This document shows, one piece after another, positions 48,999 through 57,338 of a stretch of DNA of 64,000 nucleotides (position 1 is its first letter; each line of letters starts with the position of its first letter). The translations under genes were made by a program, and so were the position numbers. Below the pieces are notes generated by a model, which saw only the letters and a list, made by a program, of their open reading frames with translations, did not search any database and was not told where the DNA came from. Origin of the DNA: Haplodiscus bocki (taxonomy: Eukaryota). The stretch lies in contig OZ296648.1 in assembly GCA_965655095.1 (NCBI GenBank), forward strand, positions 8,494,001 to 8,558,000, given 5' to 3'.

Positions 48999-49541
48999 TT
49001 AATCAAGATACTTGTATTTTAAAAGTATCTTACAAACTCTTTCATCGAAATAATCCAAATCTTTTAGTTTGTTTAGATTATTCTCGTATTGTTTTTCTTC
49101 TCTCATAGTTATTCTATTATTTTTTATTTTATCGTGTAGCATTCTATTTTTAGTTAGAATTCTATTTATTTTATCTTGAGTTTTTATATCTAAATTATTT
49201 ATTTTATCTTTTATTAATTTTTTATAATTATTAAGATATAGACCATCTCCTATTGTTGGATATAAAGGTTCGTTATTTTCATCTGTAATATTATTTTTGT
49301 CTGTCTTATTAGAAGTACTATTGTTCTTGACTGTCTTATTAGAAGTACTATTATTGTAAGTACAAACGTAAGTACTATGTCTCTGCTTTATGTGTTTGGA
49401 TAAATTAGTACTATTAAATTCCTTATCACAATAACCACATTTAACTTTTTTATTTAAACAATGTTTACAAAAACTTTTCTTATAGGAATAGAAATTATCA
49501 ATCTCTAAATCTCTTTTACAAGCATTGCAGTACTTCAGCAT
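48999..49541 (-). CDS. 180-aa C4 + C2H2 zinc-finger protein (right arm)
   Basis: CNAC...CKHC and CGYC...HIKQRH; intact in both arms. Confidence 0.7.
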   Translation of the reverse strand: MLKYCNACKRDLEIDNFYSYKKSFCKHCLNKKVKCGYCDKEFNSTNLSKHIKQRHSTYVCTYNNSTSNKTVKNNSTSNKTDKNNITDENNEPLYPTIGDGLYLNNYKKLIKDKINNLDIKTQDKINRILTKNRMLHDKIKNNRITMREEKQYENNLNKLKDLDYFDERVCKILLKYKYLD

Positions 49542-49640
49542 GGTTATTTAAATCAATGAAAACTGTATTATTCAGATATTTTGAAATTTCTAATCACTAT
49601 TACTTATTCATAATTGAAATAAATTATCTGAATTAATAAA

Positions 49641-50048
49641 ATGTATTGTGCTCAAAACAACAGAATTTACTGTAGTGATTGTAATAAATCTTATATTCCT
49701 AATAATTATTCGAATCATTTGAAATCCAAAGGACATTATATTAATGTTATGAAAAAAAGTTGTAATAATCATGATCTCACATGTAGTATGAATAAGCTAT
49801 CTCTTGAATCGAATGATAGCGTAAAAACAGACTTTTCAAACGTTAAAAATATTACAAAAAGTAACCAAACAAAAGTAAAACATAATGGTTCTGAAATTTT
49901 GTTATTAAGACTCTGTAATCAGGAGGATAGAGAATCAATTATAGAAGATAAAGCAGTGTTAGAAAAGTTATATAGTGTTATGGGAATAACTTTGGGAGAA
50001 TATGTCTTTTGCCAAGGTGGGTATGCATATATAAGGATAAAGATATGA
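49641..50048 (+). CDS. 135-aa U1/matrin-type C2H2 finger protein (right arm)
   Basis: CSDC...HLKSKGH; TAAAATG start; divergent from the 180-aa gene across 99 bp. Confidence 0.7.
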   Translation: MYCAQNNRIYCSDCNKSYIPNNYSNHLKSKGHYINVMKKSCNNHDLTCSMNKLSLESNDSVKTDFSNVKNITKSNQTKVKHNGSEILLLRLCNQEDRESIIEDKAVLEKLYSVMGITLGEYVFCQGGYAYIRIKI

Positions 50049-50082
50049 ACTAAAAATTGAAAAAATTTATCTTAATAATAAA

Positions 50083-50244
50083 ATGCCTTGTACACAAAAC
50101 AGAATTTATTGTGGTGTTTGTCATATATCTGTTTTACCTGACAATTATCAAAACCATTTTAGATCTCAAGGACATGCTAGTAACGTTTTAAAAAACTCGT
50201 GTACTAATTCAATGATAATAAAAACACATAATAAGAAAAGATAA
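50083..50244 (+). CDS. 53-aa C2H2 finger protein, paralog of the 135-aa N-terminus (below ORF-track cutoff)
   Basis: MPCTQNRIYCGVCHISVLPDNYQNHFRSQGH aligns with MYCAQNNRIYCSDCNKSYIPNNYSNHLKSKGH. Same upstream motif. Confidence 0.65.
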   Translation: MPCTQNRIYCGVCHISVLPDNYQNHFRSQGHASNVLKNSCTNSMIIKTHNKKR

Positions 50245-50418
50245 ATGAAAACAGAAATTGTTAACAATATAGCAAACGAAGCAATATATCAATTACAATA
50301 TTATAAAAATCTATATCATTCACATAAAAAGATTAATAAAATATTATTTTTGATACTTTTTTCAATATTAATTATTTGTTTGATAGCATTTCTCGTTTAT
50401 TATTATTTAAAATTTTAA
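50245..50418 (+). CDS. 57-aa tail-anchored membrane protein candidate (below ORF-track cutoff)
   Basis: MKTEIVNNIANEAIYQLQYYKNLYHSHKKINKILFLILFSILIICLIAFLVYYYLKF. The ATG directly follows the previous stop (TAA-ATG). Confidence 0.45.
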   Translation: MKTEIVNNIANEAIYQLQYYKNLYHSHKKINKILFLILFSILIICLIAFLVYYYLKF

Positions 50419-50767
50419 TAAATCTGTTAATAGAATTATTTTTATAAACTTCATCTTTCTCAGAACAAACTTCTTTTACGTTATCTCCACAAACTTTATC
50501 TAATATATCCTTTCTGATTTTATCATCTCCGATATAATCTTCGTATCCTTTGATTATTTTATTAGAATTATCTAATTCTTTCTCATATTCTATAAACATT
50601 TGACCAGCAACATTAATCATCTTGTTTTTTATAACATCTTTAGCTACAAATTTCTGTAAAAGTTCTTCTTTTGTTACCATGTTAGTGTTAGAGACGAGTT
50701 CTAATTTCTCTGCCATATCATTTATCGTATTTTCATCTTGTTTTATTTCTTGTTCTATTTTATCCAT
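50372..50767 (-). CDS. 131-aa helical protein, unknown function (right arm)
   Basis: TAAATG start; conserved in both arms. Confidence 0.65.
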   Translation of the reverse strand: MDKIEQEIKQDENTINDMAEKLELVSNTNMVTKEELLQKFVAKDVIKNKMINVAGQMFIEYEKELDNSNKIIKGYEDYIGDDKIRKDILDKVCGDNVKEVCSEKDEVYKNNSINRFIKILNNNKREMLSNK

Positions 50768-50997
50768 TTAATAATAAGAAACTCGTGTATGAGTAATTAT
50801 ATTTGATGTTCATGCAATTATATGTGTTTTTAAACACCATCTACCATTCTTCTAGCTATAGTAATATATTTTTTATTATCTTCCTGTTTGTTTTCTAAAA
50901 TAGAGTCTGCTTTATCATTCTGAAAAGTATGAGCGATTAATTCTCTACCAGATAATGTGTGGGTATCAGAAACATTACCACCTTTTATAACATTGTT

Positions 50998-51288
50998 TTA
51001 AGATTTCTTATTTGGAACTGATTTAGTATCTGTTGGTTGTTTAGGTTTTTTCTTTTTGTTATTATTTATTCTATAAGGACTATCCATTTTAATATCATCT
51101 CTGTATCGTCTAATAGTTCTATCAGTAAATCCTAGCTGATTACAAATTTCTTTTTGAGTTAATCTAGGATTATTGTATTTCTCTTCCATAAAATCACAAC
51201 ATCGATCTAGTTTAAAGGTTCTAATTATGTCACTTGGTTCTATTGATCGTGATTTAATCATATTATCGTATGAAAATCTTTTATTCAT
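50998..51288 (-). CDS. HTH protein (right arm); frame continues past TAA to 50830
   Basis: HTH motif LTQKEICNQLGFTDRTIRRY; TAAATG start. Confidence 0.7.
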   Translation of the reverse strand: MNKRFSYDNMIKSRSIEPSDIIRTFKLDRCCDFMEEKYNNPRLTQKEICNQLGFTDRTIRRYRDDIKMDSPYRINNNKKKKPKQPTDTKSVPNKKS

Positions 51289-51326
51289 TTATATACAAAA
51301 GTACTCATCATTATAAATTTTCTGAT

Positions 51327-52062
51327 TTAACAACCATAAAAATCAAATCTCTCTGCATTTAGTTTGTGATCCTTGTTAGCTGTGTGACTAACTTCAGCCC
51401 ATCTGCATTTTTCTTGGAAACTATCATATGAATTCGCATACCCTACAACACTATATTTCGTCTTACAAACTTTACAATAATTTTTTTGTTCTTTCTCTAA
51501 GTGATTTTCTGAAATATTATGTTCTCTCCATTCATCATTTCTTATCTCTTTTTTACAAACTTCACAATATGTCATGCTGTTCTTAATAAGGTAATTTTCG
51601 ATTTGCTTGTGTTCTTTTGAATTAATATGTTTATAAAGAAGTGTTATATTTACTTCTACACTACAAATTTCACAAAATGTTTTATCTTTCAATGAAGGAA
51701 AATAGTTTTTTCCGATAATAGGTACTACTTTTAATATAAAATCGTTGAAATCGGTTTCAAGATTTTTCTCTATTTCCTTTTTATCGTATGAATCATTACA
51801 TAATAGATCAGATTTCTCTTTTGGTAGTTTTGTCGAAAAATATAAACGCCAGAAATCGAGTGCCTTTTCATTTTTTAAATTGAATATCTTTTTTTTCTGG
51901 ATTTGCTGCAAAAATCATTTCAAAGAATTTTATTGCAATACTTTGGTCAGCACCTTTACAATATTTTAAATGTTTTTCAGAACATAAGTGTTCCTTCCAC
52001 TTCGTTTCATCAATTTTTAAATCACACGGCGCACACGTTACTTGACACATCAGGCCTGTCAT
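51327..52062 (-). CDS. Multi U1/matrin-type C2H2 finger protein split at an A8 run (right arm)
   Basis: CAPC..WKEHLCSEKH, CEIC..KHINSKEH, CEVC..WREHNISENH and CKVC..HTANKDH. Confidence 0.7.
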
Positions 52063-52157
52063 GTTTAAAAAGAGATAATTATTATTTCAATATTATTTTT
52101 TTAAAATGAACTGTTAACGATTCTGTTGTTATTTTGTATTCTCGAATCAACACCATT

Positions 52158-52457
52158 CTAAGTAACTAATGTGGTAGATTTCAGCATCTCTGTTAAGGTG
52201 TTAATCTGATTGTAAAGATCTTGTATATCATCTTTATATAAACTAACTGTTTTTCGGTTTTGTTTTAATTTATCTTTATTGTTTTCTCGATATAATTCAG
52301 CTTTTTCTAATATTTTTTCCCTGTTTTTCTGATAATGTTTAGCACATCGTCTACTAGCGCATTTTTTGCAAGCAACATATAGTCTGTGATAGTTATCATA
52401 CTCTCTTTCATGACCGCATAGACGACAAATTTTATTTATTTGTATTTGGTCATTCAT
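52158..52457 (-). CDS. 99-aa Zn-ribbon/basic coiled-coil protein (right arm, intact)
   Basis: CRLC...CKKC followed by YQKNREKILEKAELYRENNKDK; TAAATG start; divergent from pPolB across 100 bp. Confidence 0.7.
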   Translation of the reverse strand: MNDQIQINKICRLCGHEREYDNYHRLYVACKKCASRRCAKHYQKNREKILEKAELYRENNKDKLKQNRKTVSLYKDDIQDLYNQINTLTEMLKSTTLVT

Positions 52458-52557
52458 TTATTTAATAATAATTTATTGAATTCTTATATGAATTAATTTA
52501 AAATACTACTTTTTCAACCTGTTTAATTTTTTAATTCAACGATTTATATTTTATTAA

Positions 52558-55500
52558 ATGGAACAAATTATCGAAGAGATTGAATTATTGGAACACAGAA
52601 TAGAAATAGTTAATATTAAAATAAAAAACACCACAAACAAGAAACAACTCGAGGTTTTAAACGATTCCAAAAACGAATTAGTCACCAGACATAATAATAA
52701 AATAATTGAATTAAACAACATTAACCAAAAAATTCGAGATATTGAGCGTTATGGTGAGACTAATCCGTTTGATTTTAGTGATATTAAATTCGATAACGAT
52801 GAAATTGATTTGGGAGAATATCTAAATATTATAGAAAACAACATAGTCAAATTTGAGAACGATGATATTATAAAGGTACTTGAAAATGTAACAGATGAAT
52901 ATCCTTTTATATTAAAAGGCGAATTAAAAATCAATGATAAAGAATCTTCCATGATAAATGCTTTCTTTAGTAATAGAGATGCTTTGATTGAAAGAATAGA
53001 AAAAATCAATGAAAGATATGATGAAAGCGTGCCAATCACTTTTAAAGGAATAGTTATTAAATACAGCAAATCATTCAATAAAATTCGTCGTTCATATTAT
53101 GGTACTGGTTGTGATAGTTTTAAAAAGATTGTTGAATATAGAGGTAATTTATGTTATATTCCTGAAGAAAACGAATGTTTCAGAAAATGTCTTGAATTCA
53201 TATACAAAAAAGATTTTACTAAAAAATATCATGATTTTATAAAAAACAGTAAAACAACCAAAAACATTATGACTTCTGCTAAAATTCAACCATTTTGTAA
53301 AAAATATAACATCAACCTCGGTGTTTACAATATAAATCAACAAGAAATTCTTCCTCGATATGTTACTGAACGAAGACTTTGTTTAATTATCCATGAAAAT
53401 CATTTCTGTGTGATATGGAAGACAAAAAACACCTCTTTCACTAACGCCATAAAAGAATTAGAAGACAATTTCAAATATGAAGATAACCAAATATCTGATA
53501 ACATACTCAAACAGGTTCAAGAATATAAATTTCCTATATCAAACGAAAAAGATTGTCTATATGCCGTATTTGCTTTTGACCTTGAAACAGCTAACGTTGA
53601 TTATAAACAATATTGTGTTCCATATGCTGCCGGTTGTTATCATCTTAATCTTCTAAAGGAGTGTTACAATGGTAATTTATCTGAAGACGATATAAAAATC
53701 GAGAGAGAAAATGTTCACATTTTTGATTATAAAAACAAAAACCCTTTAATGGACATGATAAATTTTATCGTTAAAAACTACAAAGGAAAACCTAAATTTT
53801 TCAAAGATAAAGACGGTAATTATAAAATATCTTGTTATAAATATCAACTAATAGCTCATAACGCTTCTGGATTCGATAACGTTATTGTATTAAATTCTCT
53901 CCCGAAAACATATTTTCCAAAAATAATACATACATCTAGAGGTATTTTGAAACTAAGTTTTAGAGTAGGTACTATTTATGACAACAATAATAAAGAAATA
54001 CCTCAATACATGAAATTCGTCTGTAGTAAAGTACATATATCAGGATCATTAAGAAAGATTCAAAAAGATTATGGTATACAACCACAACTTTTAAAGACTG
54101 AAATGGAACATAGTGATATAACATTATCTAACTATACAGAAAAAGAACGTTTTTGGAAACCGTATTTGATTAATGATGTTTTAGGGTTAGGTATGCTCGT
54201 TGCTAAACACGCTAACAAAATTCAAAAAATAACTGGTGTTTCATTTAAAACTTCGTTAACACAATCGTCGTTATCATGGTCGACGTTAGGTAAATATATG
54301 GAGGCTTCAGGAAAAACGTTTTATACCCCAAAAAATAAATACGTTAGAGATTTCATTAGAAAAACAGTACATGGAGGAAGAGTTGTTGCTTTGAACCGTA
54401 AATTTGTTTCGTCTTCTTTTAATCAAATAGTTGACATTCTCGAAAAATATTTAGGTAAAGATCAAGAAATATCAACATTGTTCAGTATATATTACCGTCA
54501 AATCAATAAAGTTCGTGAACATTACAATAAGAAATACGAATCGAGATATGTTGATTATAGACGAATTGATACTAAAGAACAAGAAAAATATGTTAACGAA
54601 AAACTAGCAAGTTTACCTATATCGAAAGAATTAAACAAAATCGATAAGTCTGATCTGTTAGTAAGCAGTGATTATACATCGTTATATCCGTCAGCTATGT
54701 CGTGTCATAAATCAACATGGCCTAAAATCGAAACATCGATAGCTATCAATCCTAAACAAGACAGTAATTATTTATGTGATCTCTTTAACAATAACGGATG
54801 GAAAAACTTAAACAATTCCGGATTTTTTAAAGTCAAATATTATAATCCTGAATACTTAATATTACAACATTCAGCTGTTAACGAAGAAGTCTTTAATGAG
54901 TCAAAAAACAAAATCGAGCGTGTAAATAGATTTCGAAATGGTCATATAACTCAGCATTTAACTAGCGTTGATATTGAACAAATTGTTAGAATAGGAGGTA
55001 TTATTTTAGAATTTATAGAAGGATTTATCTGTGATAATTTAGATTACAATCCATTTACCGAATATGTTCATGATTTGATAGACAAACGTAATGAATATAA
55101 AAATCAAGGTAAAAATATATTGCAATTAATGTTTAAAGATACCGTAAACGGTGGTTATGGAAGTTGTATTAGACAAGATATTACCGAAAATTACAAATGT
55201 GTAACAGAAAATTGGATGCTTACAGAATACGATGATAGAGTTAAAAATTATATACCTCTTGAAAACGGTAATTATATGGTTAATATAGTAGATCATGAAG
55301 GTGTCGACGATAATGGTATATCTAAAAAGATAAATAGCCAACCATTTCAATTTGGCTCTACGATTTTATCACATTCAAAAAGATTAATGAACGATGTTAT
55401 TTTAACATTAGATGGTTTCAAAAACAATAAAATATACTATGGAGATACCGATAGTGTATATATACACAAAAACGATTACAATATCTTGGATGAAAATGGT

Positions 55501-56142
55501 TTAATAGGACAAGGTCTTTGGCAATCTAAAAATGATTATGGTGATAATGCGGGTATCATATATGGATTGTTTTTAGCTCCAAAAGTCAAATACTGTATTG
55601 TTATAGATGAAAACGGTGTATTTTCACAAAAAACAACTTTCAAAGGATTCAACCAAAATATAAATGATATAACATTTAAAGGTTTTCTTGATTTAGAAAA
55701 AGGATTAACAATTGAAAACAGATCTAAACTAAAATGGAAACGGGAACTTGCCGGAATTAAAATACCGCATCGTAAACCGTATTGTGAACTTTGTAATGAA
55801 AACAAACTATGTAAATCATGCCTACTTAAACCTCAAATGAATTGTTTTCAATGTGAAATAAGTAAAAGTTGTAAAGATTGTTTAAATAAAATAACTCGTA
55901 TAGCTATATACTCTGTTGAAATAAATAAATTAAAGCGTAAACCAGAAAATGAATTAGGTTACATGCTCCCGTATTATCAAACAGAAGACAATATTGTTAC
56001 AGAAAAACCTGTTAAAGATACAATAAAAAAATGTAGTAAATGTGAAAATGTAATAAATCCTGATAATTGTATTAAAAACAAAACTATATGTAGACAATGC
56101 CATAATCAAAATATGAGAAATAGAAGAATAAGGAGTTCTTAA
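52558..56142 (+). CDS. polB: Protein-primed family B DNA polymerase (pPolB), 1194 aa, intact
   Basis: ExoI FAFDLET (D341/E343), ExoII HNASGFD (D440), ExoIII YLIND (D540), HGGRV, motif A SSDYTSLYPSAM (D705), motif B KDTVNGGYG (K860), motif C YGDTDS (D963/D965) and FLAPKVKY. No introns. Confidence 0.95.
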   Translation: MEQIIEEIELLEHRIEIVNIKIKNTTNKKQLEVLNDSKNELVTRHNNKIIELNNINQKIRDIERYGETNPFDFSDIKFDNDEIDLGEYLNIIENNIVKFENDDIIKVLENVTDEYPFILKGELKINDKESSMINAFFSNRDALIERIEKINERYDESVPITFKGIVIKYSKSFNKIRRSYYGTGCDSFKKIVEYRGNLCYIPEENECFRKCLEFIYKKDFTKKYHDFIKNSKTTKNIMTSAKIQPFCKKYNINLGVYNINQQEILPRYVTERRLCLIIHENHFCVIWKTKNTSFTNAIKELEDNFKYEDNQISDNILKQVQEYKFPISNEKDCLYAVFAFDLETANVDYKQYCVPYAAGCYHLNLLKECYNGNLSEDDIKIERENVHIFDYKNKNPLMDMINFIVKNYKGKPKFFKDKDGNYKISCYKYQLIAHNASGFDNVIVLNSLPKTYFPKIIHTSRGILKLSFRVGTIYDNNNKEIPQYMKFVCSKVHISGSLRKIQKDYGIQPQLLKTEMEHSDITLSNYTEKERFWKPYLINDVLGLGMLVAKHANKIQKITGVSFKTSLTQSSLSWSTLGKYMEASGKTFYTPKNKYVRDFIRKTVHGGRVVALNRKFVSSSFNQIVDILEKYLGKDQEISTLFSIYYRQINKVREHYNKKYESRYVDYRRIDTKEQEKYVNEKLASLPISKELNKIDKSDLLVSSDYTSLYPSAMSCHKSTWPKIETSIAINPKQDSNYLCDLFNNNGWKNLNNSGFFKVKYYNPEYLILQHSAVNEEVFNESKNKIERVNRFRNGHITQHLTSVDIEQIVRIGGIILEFIEGFICDNLDYNPFTEYVHDLIDKRNEYKNQGKNILQLMFKDTVNGGYGSCIRQDITENYKCVTENWMLTEYDDRVKNYIPLENGNYMVNIVDHEGVDDNGISKKINSQPFQFGSTILSHSKRLMNDVILTLDGFKNNKIYYGDTDSVYIHKNDYNILDENGLIGQGLWQSKNDYGDNAGIIYGLFLAPKVKYCIVIDENGVFSQKTTFKGFNQNINDITFKGFLDLEKGLTIENRSKLKWKRELAGIKIPHRKPYCELCNENKLCKSCLLKPQMNCFQCEISKSCKDCLNKITRIAIYSVEINKLKRKPENELGYMLPYYQTEDNIVTEKPVKDTIKKCSKCENVINPDNCIKNKTICRQCHNQNMRNRRIRSS

Positions 56143-56343
56143 TTATTTTCCTGGTTTGATTATAATATATTGTGCGATATTTGAATTATGATTAAACCCA
56201 CCAATTATATTAAGTTCTTTTTCAGATTGTTGAAATTGTTCTATATTATCAAAATAAATAATTTGTATATCTTTACCGCTATGAACTAAATCTTCAAAAT
56301 CAGAATCATCAAAATCTGAATCATATATCTCATCATCGATCAT
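56143..56343 (-). CDS. Small acidic protein (~66 aa), tail-to-tail with pPolB
   Basis: MIDDEIYDSDFDDSDFED... Its stop codon abuts the pPolB stop. The left-arm copy starts at TAAATG. Confidence 0.55.
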   Translation of the reverse strand: MIDDEIYDSDFDDSDFEDLVHSGKDIQIIYFDNIEQFQQSEKELNIIGGFNHNSNIAQYIIIKPGK

Positions 56344-57332
56344 CAATTATAATAATTTTATTGTTAACAATGATTTCTGAATCATCGTACTTTTATTCTA
56401 ATAATTATAATAGATACGAAGTTGAAATTTTCAGGGTAAACTAATATTACAACAAGCTATCCGAAAGTATATCACACATTGTTGTAACTCAAAATTTTAC
56501 AATCTCTACATGTTTAAGGTATGTCGACATTTTAGGTTTTTGTCAATTTTCTCGAAGATGGTAATAGATACAAAGCTGAAATTTTCAGGGTTTACTAAAC
56601 TTTTAACGAGCTTTCTAATGGTATATCATTTGTATTTGTAGCTTGAAATTTTATAATCTCTACATGTTTAAGGTGTGTCGACATAATGTGAATATTTCTC
56701 AGAAATCGTGTTTTCGTAATAAGATAAAATATCCACTGGCCAACTTTCATGTCGAGCTTTTCAGCTGTCTTCGAGTGAGCATTCCTGGTGGATATCCCCG
56801 TCGATCTATTCTGCTTTTTCAAGCATTAAGACATGGACAGTTCCTCCTATAGCATCATGGCAATGTACGACAAACGACTGGGGATACGTATTAAGCAGCG
56901 AACCCCAAACACTGCGGCAATACCTTAACTTCATCGATGTCATTCTACAAATACCGATCTGCTATAGGAGACAAAATAGAAAAGAGAATACTAACATAAA
57001 AATACACGTGCAAGTACGTTTTACCGTTGCTTCACAATTTTACGTTTACATAAATGTGGATTTTTATATACACGTTTCCTTACATTCATGCTTATTTCAA
57101 CTATGGTTTTTATGTGGTGGAAAATAATGGTATGTGATTGTATATCAGTTATGCGAGACGGAGACGAGCATCCCACGAGCTTCGTAGAAGCGAGTCAGGA
57201 AAGGCGAAGCTCAAAGAGCTGAGCAATAATATAAGTGACCGAAGCGAAGCGTAGGGAACGGCTATATTGTCGGATTTATTAGTAAGGACCCGCAGGGGAG
57301 TTACTGGTAAATCCGCAATATAGTATATTATT

Positions 57333-57338
57333 GCAGTG
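57333..57338 (+). repeat. Right 6-bp target site duplication GCAGTG
   Basis: Matches 36632-36637. Confidence 0.9.

Larger units (their letters stand above)
36638..57332. mobile_element. 20.7-kb giant palindromic pPolB-encoding element (Polinton/Maverick-related; no integrase or capsid seen)
   Basis: 36638-48390 is the reverse complement of 48498-57332 apart from a 2.9-kb duplication and scattered SNPs/indels. Termini AATAATATACTATATTGCGG / CCGCAATATAGTATATTATT, 6-bp TSD, mirrored ORF set, visibly more AT-rich than the flanks. Confidence 0.95.

Noticed and set aside
51885-51900. Classical -1 ribosomal frameshift at A AAA AAG
   Set aside because: The upstream frame reads GAA AAA AAA GAT. Reaching the downstream ORF needs +1 (or -2), not -1.
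38163-55805. Short antisense ORFs overlapping pPolB and finger genes (e.g. 40889-41218, 52749-53078, 51745-51969)
   Set aside because: Shadow ORFs of real genes in AT-rich sequence; their repetition only reflects the arm duplication.
48999-56343. Poxvirus early terminators TTTTTNT
   Set aside because: Too frequent in this AT-rich DNA, including inside ORFs, to be informative.
36638-57332. Palindrome as a sequencing or assembly fold-back artifact
   Set aside because: Unique flanks on both sides, an exact 6-bp TSD, the host gene continuing in frame across it, and arms differing by SNPs, indels and repeat-unit number. Not formally excluded without reads.
36638-57332. Canonical Polinton, casposon or pipolin
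   Set aside because: No recognisable RVE integrase, Cas1, tyrosine recombinase, packaging ATPase, adenain or capsid ORF within the element.
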